Assembly: GCA_947085505.1 (NCBI GenBank)
Contig: CAMTWI010000004.1
Span: 65,800 to 129,799, forward strand
From: an uncultured bacterium
GTDB lineage: Bacteria; Patescibacteriota; Minisyncoccia; Phycocordibacterales; Phycocordibacteraceae
Reading direction: 5' to 3'
Length of the DNA stretch: 64,000 nt
The position numbers and the translations under genes were made by a program. Positions within the stretch are counted from its first letter, which is position 1. Each line of letters starts with the position of its first letter. Under the pieces are notes generated by a model, which ran no database searches, was not told the origin of the DNA, and was given only the letters and a program-made list of their open reading frames with translations. Below, piece by piece: positions 58,249-64,000 of the stretch.

Positions 58249-59517
58249 ATGCAAAAGAATCTAAATGACATCATTCCACCATCGCGCCGACGTGCTATGG
58301 AGGGTAGTGAGGACGCACCAGCGTATACATCGTCCCCAGTGCCCCCACCACCACCTGAGCGTCCGAGCTATGCACGACCTCTGCCACCACGTTCGAAGCG
58401 TTCATTCCCGGTTGGAACCGCTATTGTAGCTGTCATAATTATCCTTGGCTCAATTGGAGCCTTATTCGCATTCTCTGGTGCTGAGGTAAACGTAACGGCA
58501 ACGGAGAATCAAACTGCCGTCGCAGGCGAGTTCCTTGCAACGGGTTCAGCAGGCGATCTCCCGTTTGAGATACTTACCGTTGAGAAGGTAGCGAGCGTTG
58601 ACGTTGAGAGCGAGGGCACGGAGACTGTGAACCAATCTGCCCAGGGTACGCTCACTATCGAGAATAAGCAGACAGTGCCTCAGCAGCTCATCAAGAACAC
58701 CCGTTTTGAGACGCCGGACGGTTTGATTTTCAGGATTCGTGACTCTGTAACGGTTCCTGCTAGTAAGGGAGGCGCTCCGGGTACTCTTGTGACAACCGTC
58801 TACGCGGATGCTGCTGGAGAAAACTACAACGTGGGCCCAACCACCTTCACCCTTCCAGGACTCAAGGGCGGTGCAACCTTTACGCAGGTTACCGCACGCT
58901 CTACGGAGGCTATGAAGGGAGGATTTGCGGGAACTCGTCCAAGCGTTAAAGCGGCAACGCGCGACGCAAAAGCACAGGAGATTCGCACAAAGCTCGGATC
59001 TGACATCGACGCGGCAATTGCTGAGGCTGTTCCAGAGGGATACATTCTTGTTCCTGGTGCTAGTCGTGTGACATATGAGCCACAACCAGACCAAGCTGGA
59101 GCAAAGAACTCGGTACAGATTTCTGAGAAAGCTATTGCAAACATCGTGGTGTTCCCGAAGGCAGCACTTGCTCGATCTATCGCGTACCAAGTTGTTGGCT
59201 CCTACAGTGGCCAACCAATCTCCATTGAAGACGCTTCAGGTCTTACACTAACTCCTGTAGGGGATCTCCCGGTCCCTGGAATTGACGAGTTCGCCTTCTC
59301 TCTGGCCGGAAATACCAAGGTTTTGTGGAGTGTAGACCCTGCAAAGATAGCGAGCGCCGTAGCAGGAAAGTCTTCAGCTCAGGCAGAAACCGTGCTTGCT
59401 GGATACCCTGAAGTTGAACGAGCAACCTTTGTACTTCGCCCATTCTGGAACCGTTCCTTCCCAGCGGACCCGGCAAAGATCAAAGTCTCGGTCGAGAACG
59501 CCCCGAAAGCCAAGTAA
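58249..59517 (+). CDS. signal-anchored extracytoplasmic protein, unknown family
   Basis: Pro-rich N-terminus, the TM helix FPVGTAIVAVIIILGSIGALFAF, then a beta-rich ~340-aa domain. The ATG at 58249 is preferred over the TTG at 58228. Confidence 0.5.
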   Translation: MQKNLNDIIPPSRRRAMEGSEDAPAYTSSPVPPPPPERPSYARPLPPRSKRSFPVGTAIVAVIIILGSIGALFAFSGAEVNVTATENQTAVAGEFLATGSAGDLPFEILTVEKVASVDVESEGTETVNQSAQGTLTIENKQTVPQQLIKNTRFETPDGLIFRIRDSVTVPASKGGAPGTLVTTVYADAAGENYNVGPTTFTLPGLKGGATFTQVTARSTEAMKGGFAGTRPSVKAATRDAKAQEIRTKLGSDIDAAIAEAVPEGYILVPGASRVTYEPQPDQAGAKNSVQISEKAIANIVVFPKAALARSIAYQVVGSYSGQPISIEDASGLTLTPVGDLPVPGIDEFAFSLAGNTKVLWSVDPAKIASAVAGKSSAQAETVLAGYPEVERATFVLRPFWNRSFPADPAKIKVSVENAPKAK

Positions 59518-59575
59518 ACTCGGGATAACACGGTTGACGCTCTTCTTAGTCCTTGGTAGGATGATGAAGCTTCAC

Positions 59576-59791
59576 ATGGAGGTAAGTAAAGAAGGCGCAG
59601 CAACCGGCTCCGTAGAGGAGGTGCTTCCTAATTCCCTTTTTAGGGTTAGGATGCCGACGGGAGAGCTCCAGCTTGCTTATCTTGCAGGAAAGATGCGCCT
59701 GCACCGGATACGTGTTCTGGTAGGTGACCAGGTAGAACTGGTTATCGACCCGTATGGCGGCCGAGCGCGCATCGTGAGGCGGCTTAGCTAA
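59576..59791 (+). CDS. infA: translation initiation factor IF-1
   Basis: GSVEEVLPNSLFRVRMPTGELQLAYLAGKMRLHRIRVLVGDQVELVIDPYGGRARIVRR aligns residue for residue with E. coli IF-1 when started at 59576. Alternative ATGs exist at 59561 and 59564. Confidence 0.85.
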   Translation: MEVSKEGAATGSVEEVLPNSLFRVRMPTGELQLAYLAGKMRLHRIRVLVGDQVELVIDPYGGRARIVRRLS

Positions 59792-59803
59792 ATATCCCTA
59801 ACG

Positions 59804-59920
59804 ATGAAGGTACGCGCATCCATTAAAGTCCAGCAGCCTGGAGACATCATCGTCCGCCGTCGCGGACGCTTGTACCGTATCAACAAGCGCAATCCTCGCC
59901 GCAAGGCACGTCAGGGCTAA
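59804..59920 (+). CDS. rpmJ: 50S ribosomal protein L36 (Cys-free form)
   Basis: 38 aa: [38 protein letters not shown]. It is too short for the ORF track. It sits in the canonical infA-rpmJ-rpsM position. Confidence 0.85.
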   Translation: MKVRASIKVQQPGDIIVRRRGRLYRINKRNPRRKARQG

Positions 59921-59961
59921 AGCCGTCTCGTTTCATTTACTTTACTTAATCCTCGTATCCC

Positions 59962-60342
59962 ATGCGTATCGCCGGTGTAACCCTTCCAGACGACAAGCAG
60001 CTCGCATACGCGCTGCCTCTTATCTTTGGTATCGGACCGACTCGTGCGCTTGAGATTCTTAAGACCGCAAAGATTGAGCCTACCCGCAAGGGAAGCGATC
60101 TCTCTGCTGACGAGGAGCAAACTATCCGTACGCTTGCGGAGGCCTACACCATTGAGGGAGAGCTTCGCCGCGAAGAAGGACAGAACGTTAAGCGCTTGAA
60201 GGACATTCGTTCTGCACGCGGTATTCGTCATGAGCGTCGTCTTCCGGTTCGTGCACAGCGCACGAAGACGAATTCCCGTACTGTTCGTGGAAACACTCGT
60301 AAGACGATGGGTTCTGGTCGCCGTACGCTCGAGAAGACATAA
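59962..60342 (+). CDS. rpsM: 30S ribosomal protein S13
   Basis: MRIAGVTLP...IFGIGPTRA...IEGELRRE...RGIRHERRLPVRAQRTKTNSRT. Confidence 0.95.
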   Translation: MRIAGVTLPDDKQLAYALPLIFGIGPTRALEILKTAKIEPTRKGSDLSADEEQTIRTLAEAYTIEGELRREEGQNVKRLKDIRSARGIRHERRLPVRAQRTKTNSRTVRGNTRKTMGSGRRTLEKT

Positions 60343-60369
60343 TCCGCGGACATACACTTTTAATTCACT

Positions 60370-60804
60370 ATGGGAAAGAAACGAATCATCAAGAAGTCAG
60401 GCAAGGGCATGGACCAGGGCCGCAAGGATCGCGCCATGTCGAAGGCCGTTAAGAAGCGTCTCGAGCGCGGTGTGCTTCACGTTGAGGCTACCTTCAACAA
60501 CACAAAGGTTGTGCTCACCGACGATGCAGGCAACGCAATCATGTCGTCTTCTGCAGGCGCGCTTGGCTTCTCTGGTGCTCGTAAGTCAACTCCGTACGCC
60601 GCAACCAAGGTTGGCGAGCTCATTGGCGACAAGGCAATCCTTATTGGCCTTAAGGAGGCGTCTGTGGTTATCCGTGGCATTGGTGCAGGACGCGAGTCCG
60701 CACTTCGCGGTTTTTCAACCAAGGGTATTGCGATTCGTTCTATCAAGGATGCAACACCAGTCCCGCATAACGGCCCACGCCCTAAAAAGGCTCGCCGCGT
60801 ATAG
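60370..60804 (+). CDS. rpsK: 30S ribosomal protein S11
   Basis: GVLHVEATFNNTKVVLTD..GNAI..SSAG..GF.GARKSTPYAA...GIGAGRESALR...DATPVPHNGPRPKK. Confidence 0.95.
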   Translation: MGKKRIIKKSGKGMDQGRKDRAMSKAVKKRLERGVLHVEATFNNTKVVLTDDAGNAIMSSSAGALGFSGARKSTPYAATKVGELIGDKAILIGLKEASVVIRGIGAGRESALRGFSTKGIAIRSIKDATPVPHNGPRPKKARRV

Positions 60805-60825
60805 TCTTTCTCATTCTCTCTATCT

Positions 60826-61440
60826 ATGAAAATCGGACCTAAGTACAAGATTGCGAAGCGCCTCGGTGCATCCGTCTTCGAGAAGACTCAGACTCAGAAA
60901 TTTGCTATCGCTGAAGAGCGTGCAGCACGTAACAAGAAGGGACGTCGCCAGAACCAGACTGAGTTCGGCAAGCAGCTTCTTGAGAAGCAGAAGGTTCGTA
61001 TGACCTACGGTCTTTCAGAGAAGCAGTTCTCGAACTATGTCGCTACGGCAACCTCAACACACGGCAAGCCACCAGCTCAGACCCTCCACCGCCTCCTCGA
61101 GCTTCGTCTCGACAACGTCCTCTACCGCATCGGGCTAGCACCGACACGTCGCGCTGCTCGCCAGATGGCTTCGCATGGTCACATAACCGTGAATGGTGTG
61201 AAGACAACGATCCCATCGCGCGCAATGAAGATTGGTGACGTAATCGCGGTGCGCGAGGGCTCGAAGAGTGCGGTGCTGTTCGAGAATTTCGCTGAGAAGT
61301 TCCTCGAGCGTCCGACGCTTTCTCCTTGGCTCTCATGGGATGCTAAGAAGATGTCGGGTAGCGTTAACGAGGTTCCAACCGAGGAGGCAGCATCTCCAGC
61401 GGGTGATCTCGTTGCCGTGCTCTCGTTCTACAGCCGCTAG
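60826..61440 (+). CDS. rpsD: 30S ribosomal protein S4
   Basis: QLLEKQKVRMTYGLSEKQF...LELRLDNVLYRIGLAPTRRAARQMASHGHITVNG. Confidence 0.95.
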   Translation: MKIGPKYKIAKRLGASVFEKTQTQKFAIAEERAARNKKGRRQNQTEFGKQLLEKQKVRMTYGLSEKQFSNYVATATSTHGKPPAQTLHRLLELRLDNVLYRIGLAPTRRAARQMASHGHITVNGVKTTIPSRAMKIGDVIAVREGSKSAVLFENFAEKFLERPTLSPWLSWDAKKMSGSVNEVPTEEAASPAGDLVAVLSFYSR

Positions 61441-61473
61441 TCGTTTTTATTGTTGGTTTAATCTGATTGAGTT

Positions 61474-62427
61474 ATGGAATACCACATCACGCTCCCGTCA
61501 AAGCCCCGCGTCGTCTCAGAAGAAGGCGTTCAGGGTGTTTATGAGATCGATTCTCTCTACCCAGGCTACGGCCACACACTCGGCAACTCACTACGCCGTA
61601 TTATTCACGCATCGCTTCCAGGTGCTGCCGTAACGTCGGTTAAGATCGAAGGCGTCTCACACGAGTTCGCAACAATGGACGGCGTTCGCGAGTCCGTTAT
61701 GGAGGTGCTTTTGAACCTCAAGCGTGTTCACTTCTCGCTTCATGGCGACGAGGCTCAGACCATCTCACTCTCCGTTAAGGGTCCTAAGCAGGTAACTGCT
61801 GCAGACTTCAAGCTTCCGAGCCAGGTTGAGATTGCAAACCCAGACATGCACATTGCTGACATCTCAGGCAAGGTTAGCTTCGAGCTCGAGGCTACTATCG
61901 AGCGTGGTCTTGGCTATGTTGCGCGCGAGACTCTTACGAAGGAGAAGGTTGACATCGGCACCATCGCGCTTGATGCGACGTTCACCCCAATTCGCCGCGT
62001 TAACTACGAGGTTGAGAACATGCGCGTTGGAGACCGTACGGACTTCAATCGTCTGCGCATGCTTATCGAGACAAACGGTACAATCTCTCCTCGCGAGGCA
62101 CTCGAGCGTTCTATCGAGACCATGATTCAGCAGCTCTCCGCGGTTATTGGCTTCCAGGACCCACGCGAAGAATCCTCTTCAGAGTCTTCGAAGACCGACT
62201 CGGATGACAAATCTCTTGGAAAGGATCCAGCAAAGGTAAAGGTTGAGGAGCTAGAGCTAGGGGGCCGTGTTACAACCGCCCTTCAGGATGCAGGCATTAA
62301 GTCTGTTGCCGGTCTCGTTAAGAAGACATCCGCACAACTCCTTGAGCTCGACGGCGTTGGCGAGAAGGCTGTGACTGACATTGCAGACGCACTCGACAAG
62401 CTCGGACTTGAGCTCAAGGGCGAGTAA
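61474..62427 (+). CDS. rpoA: DNA-directed RNA polymerase subunit alpha
   Basis: GHTLGNSLRRIIHASLPGAAVTSVKIEGVSHEF at the N-terminus and a C-terminal alpha-CTD (VEELELGGRVTTALQDAGIKSVAGL). Confidence 0.95.
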   Translation: MEYHITLPSKPRVVSEEGVQGVYEIDSLYPGYGHTLGNSLRRIIHASLPGAAVTSVKIEGVSHEFATMDGVRESVMEVLLNLKRVHFSLHGDEAQTISLSVKGPKQVTAADFKLPSQVEIANPDMHIADISGKVSFELEATIERGLGYVARETLTKEKVDIGTIALDATFTPIRRVNYEVENMRVGDRTDFNRLRMLIETNGTISPREALERSIETMIQQLSAVIGFQDPREESSSESSKTDSDDKSLGKDPAKVKVEELELGGRVTTALQDAGIKSVAGLVKKTSAQLLELDGVGEKAVTDIADALDKLGLELKGE

Positions 62428-62464
62428 TTTGGACGAGATAAGGAATTCGTGTTAAAAAAGATAT

Positions 62465-62818
62465 ATGCGCCATCATCACAAAGGAAGGACGTTCGGACGA
62501 CCGCATGACCAGCGCGTAGCGTTGATGCGTTCCCTGATGCGGTCCTTGATCATCCACGAGCGCATCTCAACGACTGAGGCAAAGGCTAAGGAGCTCCGCC
62601 CAATCATCGAGAAGCTTGTATCCCACGCTCGCGTGGATTCGGTGGCTAACCGCCGCCTCGTGGCTGCACGCCTTGGTAACGATGACGAGTCGACAGCGAA
62701 GCTTTTCGCAACGATTGCTCCTCGCTACACTGAGCGCCCTGGTGGCTACACCCGTATCGTAAAGCGTGCTGCAACCGCTACCGACGGACGCAAGCAGGCC
62801 TACATCGCATTCGTATAA
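62465..62818 (+). CDS. rplQ: 50S ribosomal protein L17
   Basis: MRHHHKGRTFGRPHDQRVALMRSLMRSLIIHERISTTEAKAKELRP..EKL. Confidence 0.95.
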   Translation: MRHHHKGRTFGRPHDQRVALMRSLMRSLIIHERISTTEAKAKELRPIIEKLVSHARVDSVANRRLVAARLGNDDESTAKLFATIAPRYTERPGGYTRIVKRAATATDGRKQAYIAFV

Positions 62819-62822
62819 CATC

Positions 62823-63200
62823 ATGACTACTACTAAGACACAGAAGGGAGAGCGCACGCTCTACACCATCGACGCCGCAGGCGGCGCACTTGGACGTGTT
62901 GCCAGCGAAGCTGCTTCCGTACTTCTTGGAAAGAAGTCAGCAAACTACCTCCAGAACGAGGTTATGCCGGTTGAGGTTGAGATCATAAATGCGTCGAAGC
63001 TCGTCATGACGGAGAAGCGTATTGCCGGCAAGGAGTACACCCGCTACACGGGATACCCAGGTGGTCTCCGCATTACCTCACTCGCGAACCTCCTTCAGAA
63101 AAAGGGCGTTGGTGAAGCACTTTGGAAGGCTGTTGACGGTATGATCCCGCGCAACAAGCTTCGCAAAGAGCGCATGAAGCGTCTTACCATAACTGATTAA
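62823..63200 (+). CDS. rplM: 50S ribosomal protein L13
   Basis: LYTIDAAGGALGRVASEAASVLLGK...YTRYTGYPGGL...AVDGMIPRNKL. The ATG at 62823 follows the rplQ stop; ORF-track start 62766 overlaps rplQ. Confidence 0.95.
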   Translation: MTTTKTQKGERTLYTIDAAGGALGRVASEAASVLLGKKSANYLQNEVMPVEVEIINASKLVMTEKRIAGKEYTRYTGYPGGLRITSLANLLQKKGVGEALWKAVDGMIPRNKLRKERMKRLTITD

Positions 63201-63201
63201 T

Positions 63202-63606
63202 ATGCCCGAGAACACCCAGAACTACGTCACCGCCGTCGGACGCCGCAAAACGGCATCTGCTCGCGTAAAGCTGACTCCAGCAGACAAGAACTCAGTTACG
63301 GTTAACGGCATGGATGCGCGTGAGTATTTCAATACCGCAGAGCGCGAGTCAGTTACCGGAGACGCGTTCCGCGTTGAGGAGCACAAGAACAACTACGAGG
63401 TTATGGCGCGCGTCCAGGGAGGAGGCAAGAGCGCACAGGCAGTAGCGGTTCGCCATGCTATCTCACGCGCCCTTACCCTTATCGAGGAGGGTAGCCGTCC
63501 AGCTCTTAAGGCTGCAGGCTTCCTGAAGCGCGATCCTCGTGCGGTTGAGCGCAAGAAGCCGGGTCTTCGAAAGGCCCGCAAGAGCCCACAGTGGTCCAAG
63601 CGTTAA
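63202..63606 (+). CDS. rpsI: 30S ribosomal protein S9
   Basis: AVGRRKTASARVKL...GGGKSAQAVAVRHAISRAL...LKRDPRAVERKKPGLRKARKSPQWSKR. Confidence 0.95.
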   Translation: MPENTQNYVTAVGRRKTASARVKLTPADKNSVTVNGMDAREYFNTAERESVTGDAFRVEEHKNNYEVMARVQGGGKSAQAVAVRHAISRALTLIEEGSRPALKAAGFLKRDPRAVERKKPGLRKARKSPQWSKR

Positions 63607-63617
63607 TCTCCTCGAAC

Positions 63618-63640
63618 AACACCGCGCACCCCGCGGTGTT
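63618..63640 (+). terminator. intrinsic terminator
   Basis: AACACCGCG-CACCC-CGCGGTGTT followed by TGTTCTTTT. Confidence 0.8.
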
Positions 63641-63700
63641 TGTTCTTTTATAGGGATGCCCTATAGTTTTTGAGGAACTTGATGTTTGGGAGGAATCGCT

Positions 63701-64000
63701 ATGGAGACCTGGGATCTCGGCAGGTTCCTGGTTCAGGGCCTGCCACGAGAAGTTGGATCGTTACGACTCACTGAAGCACGCTGCATCTCAGACGATGACG
63801 TACGAGCGTGGATGATGCAATTCATTCCCCGTGATATTGCTTCGGGCGCTACACCGCCCTGGAAATTTAGACTCTATGTTATATGGGAGCCAAGCAACGA
63901 AGACTTGATGCTAACTCTCTGTTCGTATGCGTGCATTGCATTACCCAAAAGCGCACGAAGATGGCTCGAGTACACGGTGCGACGCCACAACGAAGATGCA
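63701..64000 (+). CDS. 3'-truncated CDS, hypothetical (orphan, SD-led)
   Basis: The ATG at 63701 is preceded by GGGAGG at 63688-93 (7-nt gap). The frame stays open for 100 codons to the window end. It is absent from the ORF track because it has no stop. No recognised motif. Confidence 0.45.
   Translation, partial: METWDLGRFLVQGLPREVGSLRLTEARCISDDDVRAWMMQFIPRDIASGATPPWKFRLYVIWEPSNEDLMLTLCSYACIALPKSARRWLEYTVRRHNEDA

Overview
The window is a gene-dense chromosomal segment of about 75 CDS, 2 tRNA-Ala genes and no rRNA. No CRISPR array, integrase or transposase was seen. About 90% of the genes are on the + strand, under the standard genetic code. Most of the content is housekeeping: an F1Fo ATP synthase operon (atpBEFHAGDC); uvrB, uvrA and uvrC in one cluster; tgt, ddl, mltG, ychF, leuS, mnmA, ung, pepF and alaS; and the infA-rpmJ-rpsM-rpsK-rpsD-rpoA-rplQ-rplM-rpsI block. 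Several traits suggest a reduced Patescibacteria/CPR (Parcubacteria-like) genome; this is inference only. These traits are a CxxC-x17-CxxC zinc-ribbon protein, many membrane-anchored orphan proteins, and domain-minimised core proteins (short delta and epsilon, AlaRS without C-Ala, UvrC without HhH). The main observations are: (1) a complete Nudix-box domain inserted inside LeuRS. (2) A one-gene island of about 0.8 kb, roughly two-thirds G+C, encoding a signal-peptide orphan; it has a perfect TTGACA-N17-TATAAT promoter and is bracketed by 13-14 nt inverted repeats. (3) A four-gene operon led by a VirD4/TraD-like P-loop ATPase, plus a distant membrane-anchored paralog of that ATPase's N-terminal region. 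(4) A short intergenic repeat resembling a tRNA 3' half (GGTTCGATCC..GTCTGCCAGC), usually abutting a stop codon. (5) Very skewed stop codon use (36 TAA, 34 TAG, 4 TGA). (6) Widespread TATACT-N6-8-ATG starts that look leaderless, contrasting with a few orphan genes led by strong Shine-Dalgarno sites. (7) A two-component system embedded in the uvrB-uvrA-uvrC cluster. (8) A TGT that lacks three of its four zinc ligands. All functional calls come from motif recognition by eye; no searches were run.
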